From Octopus sinensis (taxonomy: Eukaryota), in the NCBI RefSeq assembly GCF_006345805.1, contig NC_043019.1, positions 28,519,360 to 28,583,359 on the forward strand: a stretch of DNA of 64,000 bases, in the 5' to 3' direction. Positions 24,368 through 37,500 of the stretch are shown piece by piece. Made by a program: the position numbers and the translations under genes. The stretch's first letter is position 1; each line of letters opens with the position of its first letter. The notes under the pieces were generated by a model that worked only from the letters and a program-made list of their open reading frames with translations, was not told the DNA's origin and searched no databases.

Positions 24368-27029
24368 ACGTTGCTCAAGCTTGTTTTCTTTTCGACCCTT
24401 TAGAATTGGAATTTTTGAAAAGTAAAAATTTTGCATTATGTAGCTTGTTATTCTCTTTAAGTGAACATTTTTCTGGTTGAAATACACCAAACAATGGCGA
24501 CACAGCAGTAAAAAAAATCATAAAAAATAGGGATTTTCATAGGAAAAAAAGCACCTTTTTTGATGTAAATAATTGTTGGTCTTAACATGGTCCAATTTGA
24601 ATTTTTTCTTCTACGGAATGAAGAGCAAGCTTTCTTCTATCATACTCTCAATTTTCATCAACTTGCGTCGCAGGGTCTTGGAGGAGATAGTGTTAGTTGA
24701 AAGCAACCAAACCTGCCACACACAGACAACTTCAGCTTTATATATAAAGATTAAGTACTGGAGTTGATTTGTTTGGCTAAACCCTTCAAGGAAATGCCCC
24801 ACCATGGCTACAGGTCAATAGGGGAAACAAGTAAAGGACAGAAAATACTATCTCTCCTTCAAAACGCCCACCGCTACCATTGTAGCTGAACTAACCAGTT
24901 TGAAAATTTTCTGATTTGTATTCATGAGACTCACATTCTAGTAAATAAGAATGCCATCTTTTAGTTTGCAAAATATTCTCTTTTCATTAGCAAGCTTTTC
25001 AAAACAAACAATAAAGAAGTAGAACTAGCAATGGCATCACCACGTGGGAGCTCTGACATAATACAAGCAACCAAATCAGGTCCAGTCATCATCATCATCA
25101 TCGTTTAACATCCGCTTTCCATGCTAGCATGGGTTGGACGTATGACTGAGGGCTGGCGAACCAGATGGCTGCACCAGGCTTCAATCTTGATCTGGCAGAA
25201 TTTCTACAGCTGGATGCCCTTCCTAACTCCAACCACTCCGAGAGTGTAGTGGGTGCTTTTACATAACACCGGCACGGGGCCAGTCAGGCGGCACTTTTAC
25301 GCATGCTCGAATCTTTTACACATACCACCAGCGTGGGTGCCAGTAAGGTGATGCTGGTAACGATCACACTCAAATGGTATCTTTTATGTGCCACCGGCAT
25401 GGTGGCCAGATAGCCGCTCTGGCAACGATCACACTCGGTAGGTGCTCTTAATACCCTACTAGCACGGGGCTCGAGTGCCAGTAGTGCGACGCTGATAACA
25501 ATCATGCTCGAATGGTGCCTTTTAAGTGCCACTGGCACGGAAGCCGGTTCTTTAAAAAAAAATGGACGCATGATGTAAGATATTCCATAGTACATAGTAT
25601 TACAGAAAAACACCTTGGTGTCTGATGTGGTGGACTACTCAGATAATAAAGTCACTGAAGCAGAAGACAATCTTTCTTTCCTGACCACGCAAGTCCCATG
25701 ATCAAAATACACCATCCCTATACCACAGACAGACTTGGCAATGTTGTGACTCACATAAATCAAACGTACCAGTTGAACTTTCAAAACATCTAACCCTAGC
25801 AACTTGTAATACTTGCTAAATGTCACAATTTTGATAGTCATGTTTCATTAGTAACAATGGCAATCATAATTGGCGTGTCTTTGTACAAATGAAAGCAGAA
25901 AGGAAAAAAAAAAGAAAAAATCCAGTGACATCAGTCACTGAAACTAAAACAATGAACAACAACTCGTCATGTTTTTGATGCCAAGGAGGGGGTAGGGTGG
26001 TAGCGGCGGGGTGGGGGTGGGGGTGGTAGTCATAACATCTTACAAAACATGAAACACTGTAAAAATATAACAGAAACTGGAAAAAATGCTTACAAAAATG
26101 GATTACATGAAAAAAAAAAAAGTATAATTCTAACACACAACCACATACACACATATATATATGATGGACTTCTTTCAGTTTCTGTCTACCAAATGCACTC
26201 ACGAGGCTTTGGTCAGCCCAGGGCTATAGTAGAAGACACTTGCCCAAGGTACCATACAGTGGGACTGAACCCAGAATCATGTGGTTGGGAAGCAAACACC
26301 TTAAGGGATAGCGTTCATATTTTATAGTATTAGTACTAATTACTTGCAGTCACTGAACTGCTGTTTTCCTCCTCTTCCTCTTCCTACTACTACTACTACC
26401 ACCACCACCACCACCACCACCACTAGTAGTGAGGGTTTCAAATTTTGGCACAAGGCCAGCAATTTCGGTAGTGGGAGTAAGTTCATTACATTGACTCCCC
26501 CTCCTGCTTGACTGATATAAATTCTATCAACCCTAAAAGGATGAAAGGCAAGTCAACCTCAAAGGCGCTTGAACTCAGATAATTATAAAAATAATTATAA
26601 TAATAATGATGATGATGATAAATGCCCTGATGCTGTACCAGGCACTGGCTCTCATGGCTTGATCTTAACCAACTGAAAGTGTTATCATGTACATGTTTTG
26701 TTCTTGGTATAAAAGATGGGCTGCAGCAAATATTCTGCTCAATACCACAGATTTGCTTGTCAGTTGTTTGACCTTAACCAGTTGAGCATGTCCTTTGGTG
26801 GCTGGCAATATGTGCATCTCTGATCATGAACGGAAATAGTGGGAAAGTATCATAGCCATGCATTGAGAGGAATTCTTTGGAGTTTGAATAATTCACCTCT
26901 GGAGACATGGGTGTTTAGTTCAACATTCTTAAACAACCCTTATTCAAAGTCCATCTACACATCATCTCTGCCCATAATTCCTGGGAGGGTTCTGTGAGTA
27001 GAGTCCTCACATACCACCACTATAGGGTC

Positions 27030-28180
27030 CTGTAAGAAACAATTATCATGACACTTTCCAATTGGATTCCCAAGCATGACCAACTGAAACTTTGGATATT
27101 ATAGAACCATCTCATTCTTGGTTTACCCCGAGGTCTCCTGACAGTGAACCCAGTTTGAAGAAATTGTCTTGTGCTTCTTTCTTGTTATATTCTAATCACA
27201 TGTCCATGGTACTGGTTTAAACTTAAACTGGATGGCAAAATTAAATCATTATCATCATCATCATCATCATTTAGTGTCCGCTTTCCATGCTAGCATGGGT
27301 TGGACGGTTCAACTGGGGTCTGGGAAGCCAGAAGGCTGCACCAGGCCCAGTCTGATCTGGCAATGTTTCTACGGCTGGATGCCCTTCCTAACGCCAACCA
27401 CTCAGTGAGTGTAGTGGGTGCTTTTTACGTGCCACCAGCACAGATGCCAGACGGGGCTGGCAAACGGCCACGATCGGATGGTGCTTTTTACGTGCCACCG
27501 GCATGGAGGCCCGTCGGGGTGGCGCTGGCAACGGTCACGTTTGGATGGTTCGGTTACGTGCCACCGGCACTGGTATCACAGCTACAATTTCCATTGATGT
27601 TGATCGATTTCGATTTTGATTCCGATTCTCACTTGCCTCAACAGGTCTTCACAAGTAGAGTTTTGTGTCCCAAGAAGGAAATGACTGTAATTAAATACTG
27701 TAATATGAAGCACCCAGCTCAATATCATTCTGAATACTTGTTAAAATGCTTGTTCTCTCATACTTTATAAAATAAAGGCAGTTCTTGGTCTACTTCTAGG
27801 TCTCTTGCTGGTTGACTTGGCTTGAAGAATGCCTTGCATTTCTTTCTTGTAACATTTAAAACATAAAATCAAAACTATGATCTCTCAATGCAGAGAAGTA
27901 GTGGCTCCTCCTGGAGGGACTCTCTGATCTCTACTCAACCTGTCAGGTAACATTACTCCAGAGATCCTTCAGAGGAATTCCATTTTGGCTGTATGTGTTC
28001 GCAATATTACTCATTCAGTTATTGCCCAACATTCATGGCCTTAGGTGAGGATAGGCATGAGAACCAAACTGAAGATAATGAGTTTGACTTCTTTACAAAC
28101 CTCTCTTTTTCAGAAGACTGAATTCTGGAGCTAGTGCATTTGTCCATGTTAGAAATTAATAATTCTAAGAAGTCGTATTT
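27030..28180 (-). mobile_element. RTE-clade LINE remnant split by a family-C SINE
   Basis: Minus strand reads AKMEFL*RISGVMLPDRL...LLLCIERS. After the SINE insertion comes a segment (27030-27230) complementary to the 13590-13790 RTE tail. Confidence 0.55.
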
Positions 28181-28389
28181 CTCATTGATCATTGCATCTA
28201 GTTCATAATGAAATTATAAACAGCTGTTGCTAGGTACAAGCATGGCTATGTAGTTAAGAAGCTTACTTTCCGACCATTAGCATAATAACCGAGGGCAGAT
28301 ATCATCTACTATGGTCCCAGGTTGACTAAAACTTTGTGAGTAGATTTGGCAAATGGAAACTGAAAGAAGTCTATCATATATAGAGAGAG

Positions 28390-29335
28390 AAGGGAGATGA
28401 GACTTTCTCAAAAGGCATGCTGCAGCATGTCAGATGGAGTCTCAAGAGAGAAGAGAGATGAGACTTTCCCAAGATCAGCAAATGCATGCTGCAGCACTTA
28501 TTGCTGGATCATTAAAACAATGTTTTAATGATTAGACAGAGATCCAATAGAATAGCTCTGAGAAACAGACTATGTACAAATTTATTCTTCACAACTGGAG
28601 CAGCTTTCAGATATGATCCATCCAATTCTTATAAAGATGATAATTCTGTCCAAATTGGTGTGCTAAACTCAAATTGTCATTTCTGCAAAGCTTTAAAATT
28701 TCCAAATGAAACTAATGACATGTGCTGCTCAGGCAGCAAGTTAAGAAGATTGCCAGCACGCACTACCAGCTCCTCATCAACCTCTTATGAATCTTCTGGA
28801 AAGCACTTCCATCCAGTCAAAGGATTTTCTGGACAATATCAGACAATACAACTCTGCATTTCAAATGACATTGTTTGGTGCATCTAAGAAGATAGCTGAA
28901 CATGGATTTACACTGACGTTCAACGTTCAAGGGCAAGTCTATCACCTCATTGGTTCTGTTACCCACAAATGAACAACCACAGTTCATCCAAATTTACTTT
29001 ATGAGTGATGTAGGACAACAAACCCGAGGAGGCGTCAAAACTTCAGACAATGGGTCATGTTAGATGCAGTGCCAAATGCCACAAATGAAAGTATATCCAC
29101 TGACAGCTTCTCGGTGCATTCAAAAATCACATAACCCTCATCCCAATTTTCCCTGACAGGTTAGGGCCTGGAAAACTCCAAATGGATGTCGCTTAGTTGA
29201 ATTAGCCCATCATTTACTCCACAAATGTTTTGTTGTCAATGTTGCACTTTCCAGTATCACCTATTTCAACATAACTGTAATATATATACAAATTACGCCA
29301 TTTTAATCCCAAGCAACGCCGGGTATCTCTACTAG
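28390..29335 (+). mobile_element. Helitron remnant: N-terminal RepHel fragment fused to an intact 3' terminus
   Basis: Repeats HAAACQMESQERREMRLSQDQQMHAAA; AFRYDP..IG..CHFCKALKF..E...MCC; FLDNIRQYNSAFQMTLFGA..TFNVQGQVYHLIGS; 3' end gcaacgccgggtatctctaCTAG|T at 29332-29336. Confidence 0.85.
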
Positions 29336-29349
29336 TATATACACACACG

Positions 29350-29387
<38 letters not shown>

Positions 29388-30306
29388 TCTCTCTCTCTCT
29401 CCCACCAGCACTTGACAACTAGTATTGGTATGTTTATGTCTCAGTAACTTAATGGTTCCATGAAAGAGACTGATAAGGTCCCAGGTTTAAAAAAAAAAAA
29501 GGGGGCCAGGGAATCAGTTTGTTCAACTGAACACTTCTAGGTGGTGCACCAGCATGGCCACAGTCCAATGAGTGAAAGAAATAAAATAAAAAAATAAAAA
29601 GATAACTAACAGATAATGCTAAAGTTTGTGGAATAATTGTTAGAGAGGATCTGTAGCAATTATTTTTTTCCCTTTCTTTTAATGGCTTAGAAATAGAAGG
29701 TCAGCAACCTATGACCTTTTGTAAAGCTTCTGAGGGTTTGACATGGGGAAAAAGGGGGCAGAAATTATGACTCATGGATTGCTACAGCAGAAAAGTAGGA
29801 AATAATTTATCACTGTATGCTCAAGACCAGGGACCTAGTTTGAATATTCAGGGCAGAGTGGACTCTTATGAAGATACAAAAGCTCCATTTATTAGCAGTA
29901 AACCAGATTCTTGGTAGATTTTTGATTACCATTCTAGAACTTATCCAGCTCAACCAATGGGCTTCAGTACAGTTCCCATCTACCAAATTCTCCTCACAAA
30001 ACTATGGTAAAAGACACTCTACCAAGGTGTCATTGTTGTATGGTGGGATTGAACCTGGGACCACGTGATTGCAAAGTGAACTTCTTAACCGTACAGCCAC
30101 AGCTGCACCCAATGCTCTGCCACTGTTTTGTAGATAAGAGGATATTTTCCTTTTAAGAAAGCGCTCTCATTAGCAGTTCAATACCATTTATGGATATTTT
30201 AAATAGCACCGGCTTTGAAAATGATGGCTTAATTGAAAAGAAAGAAAATAACAAAAAAAAAAAATCAAACTCTGCATGCTGAAATAGTCAATGAATACAA
30301 CAGTTC

Positions 30307-30348
<42 letters not shown>

Positions 30349-30351
30349 CAC

Positions 30352-30542
30352 TTCAACAAACATATAGATAGAGAGTACAACCATTGCAAGATTATACAGA
30401 ACCATGAAAATACGTATATCAAAAGGTTTTCGATTTTTCATATATTTTGGTCCATAAATAACAAAGAGAATGTACATTGCTGTTAGAATCCATACTTTCA
30501 AGGGACTGCTTTCTAAGAAGAACCAGTCTTTTGTCCTTGGAT
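30352..30542 (-). CDS. elovl2/5: Elovl2/5 coding exon 2 (DPRTKDWFFLESSPLKVWILTAMYILFVIYGPKYMKNRKPFDIRIFMVLYNLAMVVLSIYMFVE)
   Basis: tttttatatccag|ATCCAAGG...GTTGAA|gtgagt; 191 nt (2 + 63 codons); ELOVL motifs DPRTxxW, GPKYMKNRKPF and YNL. Confidence 0.95.
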
Positions 30543-32459
30543 CTGGATATAAAAAAAAAAAAAAAGATAAAAAGAAAACAAAAAAATTTCATGAGAGAAA
30601 AAGACAAAAAAAGTTTATCTTTAGTTTTGTTTATAATCTTCGCTTTAGTACGAGATAGCATAAGAAGATATCGAAAACAATGCAAGGTAAACAATGTATT
30701 TTAAAATAAGTCAATAACATTTGATTGATTCTCAGTAAAAAGATAACATCAGTTAATAACATTAAGATGCATTCAAAGTATTATTATATATCGTACAAAA
30801 CACATCCATTAGAATGCTTTCCCTGCACTCACCTAAAATTAGCATCAATGGCGAAGACTTAAACATCTATGCAAAAGATTTGTAAGATAAGTTTTTTCAG
30901 GATTCCAATTAGAATGACCTATTAATGGTCTATTGGGGGGAATTATTAGCTACATCATTAGCTAGCTGCAAGGGATTATATGGCTATTTTAAGAAACACA
31001 GCTGAAAGAAAAGATATATTAGGTATATTTATAATGGCAGCATTACACCTTATTTCAATAAGCTGGTTCTTATCTTCTGCTTGGATTCTGCTTGAGTTGT
31101 AAGAGGAAAACTTTTAAGCTTTACCTTGCTTCCAGATTTGGCCCAGATATATTTATCTGAGTGTAGTTGCTTGAAAGCGCTATCAGCTCAAGCTAATAAA
31201 TCTGGAAACCAAATAGCAAACTAATAATTATTACTTATATAGGTCCATTCCAGTACCACAACTGTTGCTAGTCATCATCATTGCCATCAGAACCACAACA
31301 TCTATAAGCTAATAAGAGGAACTTCTATTGTTTGCCATCAGAACCACAACTAATAAGCTAATAAGAGAAACTTCTATTGTTGTCTTTTGATCTGACAGAA
31401 ATAGCAGCAAAACCTCTCTCAAATCAAATCCTGTGATTTAAGGCATGGCTGTGTGGTTTGAGAAGCTTGCTTCCTAACTATGTGGTCTTTGGTTCAGTCC
31501 CATTGCACAACACCTTGGGCAAGTATCTTTTACAGCCAAAAGTCTTATGGGTGGATTTGGTGGATGAAGGTTGAAGGAAGTCCATTAAGTGTGTGTGTGT
31601 GTGTGTGTGTTTATGGGGTTTTTTTCCTCCACTACTGCTGTACAACTGGTGATGGTTTGTTTACATCCCCATAGCTAAGATACAGAGATGTAAACAAGTA
31701 CCAGGCTTTAAGAAAATAATAAATACTGAGGCCGGTTTGTGTGACTATCCTTCAATGAAGTGCTCCATCTTGGTCATAATCCAATGAGTAAAACAGGTAG
31801 AAGATGAAAGGAAAGATGGAAAGATACATTGGATGATGTAGTCCTGGGTCAGTTATATAAAATTTATGACAAGCATGTGAACAGGACATGCTGCAAGTTT
31901 TCCAGCAAAACAGTAAAAGTGTGATGAATTTTGACAAAAGAAAAGACAAAACAAAAACGTTTTCCTTGCACTACTGCATTGTGAGGTTACAAAAACAGCT
32001 TACCAAAACTAAAATACATGTATACTTATAAGTGACACTATAATAACAGGATTATTAAAGAAATTAAAAGAGAGCCGGAGGCATGTTTAAAATCATTGTC
32101 CTAGACTTACACTGCTTGAAAAACAAAAACCAGGGCAATCATGACTAGAATGTCTTTGATAATATATCCGCTCAGTCATGGCTGAAACCTTAGCCTTTAA
32201 CCTTTTTGATACCAACCGACTCTGGCTCTGTAGTACAAATGATAACTAATGATAGCTTAATAATTATTAAGTTATTTTACTAAATTCTTTGTTATATTTA
32301 CCCTTTTGATATCAACCTGGCTGAAACCAGCTCTGGCTCTGTAGTATAAATGTCTTGTTTACAAAAGTTCTGAATTAAAATCTTCCACTAAACCTTAGTC
32401 ACAATTTATGTTCCTAACACTAGCTGAATGATAACTAAGTTATCTTATTAAATTCTATA

Positions 32460-34099
32460 AATTTGATTTGATTCACATGCGGCAAAACATTTTGCAGGCC
32501 TCCAACCGAAACTCGTCTCTCTTAGCGAGCTGGCAGAAATGTTAGCACGCTGGGCAAAATGCTTATGGGTATTTCATCTGCCGTTATGTTCTGAGTTCAA
32601 ATTCTGCCGAGGTCGATTTTGCCTTTCATCCTTTCGGGGTCAATAAATTAAGTACCAATTATGCACTGGGGTCGATGTAATCGACTTAATCCGTTTGTTC
32701 CCTCTATGTTTAGCCCCTTGTGGGCAATAAAGAAATAAGAAACGCGTCTCTTTCAGGCTATAGATTACTGAGTGAAGAGATACAGGAAGTCCAAAATCTC
32801 TATCGGAAGTTAGGTTGCTATTGGCCCAGGCAGATCACATGGTGTTGTCAGAGAATATAAGTTGCTTAGTGACACCAGTTTATTTAGAAACAGGAATTTC
32901 TTTGACCATGTGGTTGGACAGAGCATCTCAACAGAAATCATCATCATCATCATCATCGTTTAACGTCAGCTTTCCATGCTAGCATGGGTTGGACGATTTT
33001 GACTGAGGGCTGGCGAACCAGATGGCTGCACCAGGCTCCAATCTTGATTTGGCAGAGTTTCTACAGCTGGATGCCCTTCCTAACGCCAACCACTCCGAGA
33101 GTGTAGTGGGTGCTTTTTACGTGCCACCGGCACGGGTAACAAAAGGGTTAAACTGGCCAAGTCCAGTGCAAGTATCCTACTTGTTTTATGTTCAAACCAA
33201 CCAGATCTGGCCTTTCATAGCTACCCTATAATGTCATTCTAAAGATACAAAGTCACATCATCAAAATCTCGAAGCTACAAGATAATCCATGATTAATTCC
33301 AAACCATGTGAATAAATGTGAATAAACAGCAACAACATAACCTATGATGAAATCACAATGTAGATGCTCTTCATGGTAGAAACCTTCAAATTGCACCAAA
33401 TCATCTTAAAAAAAGAGAAGAAATCTACAGAATTATGTAGCCCTAGACCAGCAGTGAGTTATATGTAGCCCTAACTTAAGCAGTGAGTTATATGAGACAC
33501 TAGCAGTATAACCCGGCCTTGCCCAGGATTAAGTTACGATTATTAAGCTGATATTTGTTATGGTTAAAAGCTATGGTTGAAAACAGATTTTTACCCTATC
33601 CGCGGGTGCCTCGGGAAAAAAATAAGTTGACAAAACCCAGATAGGATGTTGACAAATGTCCTCCTAAAATTAGAGCGACAAGCATGCTAATTTGTGGATT
33701 TGCATAATTACAATCACATACACACACATCCTCCCTGTTATAGATATGATGGCTATCATCAAGTGGGCTGCACTACTAACAAGTTCTGAGTATTTTTTTT
33801 CTTTTCATTAGGTGTGCTGCAGTGTGCCCACAACTGCCCTTCTATGATAGATATATAAGTGTCACCAGTTTCCTGTCCAGCCACATGGTCTAAGAAATTC
33901 CTCTTTCTAAACAAACTGGTGTCGCTGAGAAACTGATAGTCTCTGACACCATGTGACCTGCCTTGGCCAATAGCAGCCTAACTTCCAATAGTGATTTTGG
34001 ACTTCCTGTATCTATCCCTTTGGTAATCTATAGCCTGAAAGAGACAAGTCTCTGTTGGTGGCCTGCGAAATGTTTTGCAGCATGGAACCAAATCAAATT
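32460..34099. repeat. Inverted duplication pair 32460-32921 (with a family-B SINE insert) / 33873-34099
   Basis: About 230-bp arms, roughly 85% identical by eye. The SINE at 32521-32738 sits in the left arm with a 13-bp TSD gaaac(t/g)cgtctct. Confidence 0.8.
33500..33749 (-). mobile_element. Non-autonomous Helitron
   Basis: Minus strand: 5' A|TC... and 3' hairpin cctgggcaaggccggg followed by ttatactgCTAG|T. Confidence 0.65.
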
Positions 34100-34187
34100 A
34101 TTTAAAATAATACATGTAACTCCTAACAAATGTTCTTGAGTGACGCCTCCTTTTATTTGTCCACCTGTTCATGTATGTATGTATGTA

Positions 34188-34246
<59 letters not shown>

Positions 34247-34581
34247 TTATATATCACTGTGACCGACCAGGCTATCAGATGTTGCTACACAACACTGGTC
34301 ACAATGCGCTTCACATTGTTTTAGCCTTCAAATGACACCACCCCGCTAGCTAAGCAAGCTGGCCACCAGAAGAAAGAGTGAGAGAAAGTAGCAGAGAAAG
34401 AGTATGGCAGGGATCACCACCACTCCCTGCTGGAGCCTCGTGGAGCTTTAGGTGTTTTCACTCAATAAACACTCACAAGGCCCGGTCTGTGAATCAAAAC
34501 CATGATCCTACAACCGCGAGTCCGCTGCCCTAACCACTGGGCCATTACGCCTCCACACACACACACACACATATATATAGT

Positions 34582-34639
<58 letters not shown>

Positions 34640-34660
34640 CACACACACACACACATATAC

Positions 34661-35123
34661 ATGAGCAGAATTTAAGCTAGTTGAAATATGTTTGTCACAT
34701 ATTTTCAACTGCTAAAAGAGAAATACACAGCAGTTACCATGGAGAAATAATCTCTCTCAAGGCAAAAAAAGTGTGAAAACATTCATTTAATTCAGTGTCA
34801 CTATCCATTAGGAATCCTAGACAACGATGTTTCAAGTTTTTTGACTCTTGTCAATGAGATCTACTTAAGCGAGGCAACTCTGAACGAACTTAATAAAGCT
34901 GTTGCTTTATGTAGAATTCTGTCGACACATTGACTGATTTGCGCTAGAAGAATTGCCCGAAGGATGTAAACAACAAAGTGTTAGCATGTAGCAGTGTTTA
35001 GGTAAAGGCAGAATTTACCATAAGAGAGATTTTTCTCCATGGTAACTGCAGTGTATTTGCCTTTTAAAGTATGTGACAAGCATATTTCAACTAGCCTAAA
35101 TTCTGCTCATACCTAAACACTGC
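34661..35123. mobile_element. Small MITE (34991-35123) plus an inverted partial copy (34661-34765)
   Basis: TIRs gcagtgtttaggtaaaggcagaattt / aaattctgctcatacctaaacactgc; 34661-34765 is complementary to its interior. Confidence 0.6.
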
Positions 35124-36968
35124 AAGATTGGGGGTGGGGGTCCATGTAAGATTGGGAGGGTGGGGGGGTCCATGCAAGTAGAATAATAAATTAAGGATCC
35201 ACAGGGGTCTTTTAATGGTCCGTGAAAATTTTTGTCTTAGATGTATTTATGGCAAGAAACAATGAGGTTTCTTTCTCAAACATTTTTCATAGTTCAATCT
35301 AACACAAGTTAATATGCTCTCTCTTTTTTACTCTTTTACTTGTTTCAGTCATTTGACTGCGGCCATGCTGGAGCACCGCCTTTAATCGAGCAACTCGACC
35401 CCGGGACTTATTCTTTTGTAAGCCCAGTACTTATTCTATCAGTCTCTTTTGCCGAACCGCTAAGTAACGGGGACGTAAACACACCAGCATAGGTTGTCAA
35501 GCAATGCTAGGGGGACAAACACAGACACACAAACACACACATGCATATATATATACATATATACGACGGGCTTCTTTCAGTTTCCGTCTACCAAATCCAC
35601 TCACAAGGCTTTGGTCGGCCTGAGGCTATAGTAGAAGACACTTGCCCAAGGTGCCATGCAGTGGGACTGAACCCGGAACCATGTGGTTAGTAAACAAGCT
35701 ACTTACCACACAGCCACTCAAAACAAAGTAGGAATTTTGGAAGAAGTATCTATAAAACTAGCTTCTAAACATTAAATAGCTGTGGGGGTCCACTAGAGTA
35801 AAATAGTAATTCAAAGGGGTCCACAGATAAGAAACTGATTGAGAAACACTGGACTAAACCTTTCAAGGCGGTGCCCCAGCATGGCCAAAATTCAATGACA
35901 GAAACAAGTAAAGGAAGAAAGAAGTACTTTATATCCGTTTTGTAATCTTCAGTTGTTTATTTAGACACCCAGGTCAGTATTGATCCAGCAATGCTATGAT
36001 CAAAGGCATACCTGTCATTCTTACTATATCAACAAAGTGTATCTAGGACTATACTATCTAAGTGGCCTTCTTTTTTTAATAGAAGATTTGTATCCTATTT
36101 CTAAAAGGCCAAGCAACCAAATGGAATCTCCTTCATTGCAGCAATCTTCAGTTGTAGTTAGGTCTTTTCAGTCAGGGCTGACCTGGGCTATGATCAAAAA
36201 CATTCCAGTTATGACCATCCCATCTGTAATATCCATAACTGTCCAATATTCCTTATTTAAAATGATAGTTGCTTGATTTGAATAAGATTTGACTGCTATT
36301 TCTACTAGGCTGAGTGACTGTGTTGAGGCTCTGTTTAGTTAATAGTGATGCAAAATTTAAACATTGGTTTGTATTGTTAGGTTCATTATGGTCTTAAAAG
36401 ATTCCCGCCTTAATCACTAAAGCCTATTTATTTACATAAGAATTTAGTATTTTAATCCTTTTTGTAGCATATCCAGTTCGTAGCATATGTGTGAATGTGT
36501 ATATGTATGCAATCATCATCATCATCATCATTTTGATGTCCACTTTTTAATGCATTGCATGAATCAGATGGAGTTTATTTGAGGCAGATTTTCTATGACC
36601 GGGTGCCCTTCTTGTCACCAACCCTCACCTGTGTCCAGGCAACCTAATATTTCCCCATGATCAGATATGGTCTTCTAGGATATTGGAAATGACACTGCTG
36701 GTATAAGTGACACTCATTTACATGCAATGTCAAGGCAAGAGCACACACACACACATAACGACAAGCTTCTTTTAGTTTCCTATTTCTTTATTGCCCACAG
36801 GGGGCTAAACATAGAGGGGACAAACAAGGACAGACAAAGGGATTAAGTCGATTACATCGACCCCAGTGCGTAACTGGTACTTAATTTATTGACCCCAATA
36901 CATACATATACATATACATGAATACATATACATACATACATACATACATACACACACACACATGCATA

Positions 36969-37500
36969 TACAAGATCTGTTCAAAAAGTATTGAAACTAG
37001 TGCTATATAAAAAGCCTACAATGCATATCAATTTGGCATTTAATCTATTTCAAAGTAGTTCCTTTCCAAAACGACACATTTTATCCAGTGTCATTTCCAC
37101 TGATGGAAACATTCCTGGAACTCCTTTTTGGGGGGGATAGCGAGCAACTGCCCCATCACATTCTCTTAGAGTTCCCCTACATCTTGAAATCTTGTTGGGG
37201 TTTTCTATTGCAAAGACTGAGCCTTGGTTTCGGGATCTTAGCCATAGACCCATGATTCATTATTTGTCAGGACCATTTTCAAAAAGTTTTCATCAACCTC
37301 GACACAATCAAGATTCTGTACAGTTGAAACCCAATTTTCGTTTTGAAACGACCACACTCTACACACTTTACTTTCAAGCACTGCTATAAACAACAGAAGT
37401 GAATGAGAATGATGTTATAACTCAGTGTGCATGTGAGACAGAGTTCAAGGTTAGTCTGTGCCAAGCAGTTTCACTCTGTGTACTTTAATTTCCAAGCAAT
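36969..37500 (-). mobile_element. Mariner transposase 3' remnant
   Basis: Minus strand reads KEFQECFHQWK*HWIKCVVLERNYFE (mariner C-terminal motif); TIR-like tacaagatctgttcaaaaagtattg at the left end. Confidence 0.6.

Noticed and set aside
27300-27770. 156-aa ORF and similar recurring ORFs (QSDLAMFLRLDALPNANH...)
   Set aside because: The same peptide recurs wherever SINE family C occurs; it is a repeat-derived frame, not a gene.
31283-31382. Short tandem duplications (about 51 bp here, 29 bp at 33435-33495, 19 bp at 38344-38382)
   Set aside because: Ordinary replication slippage products.
33790-33815. Plus-strand acceptor-like tracts (33810 and 45969)
   Set aside because: No matching donor or open reading frame; T-runs followed by AG are common in this AT-rich DNA.
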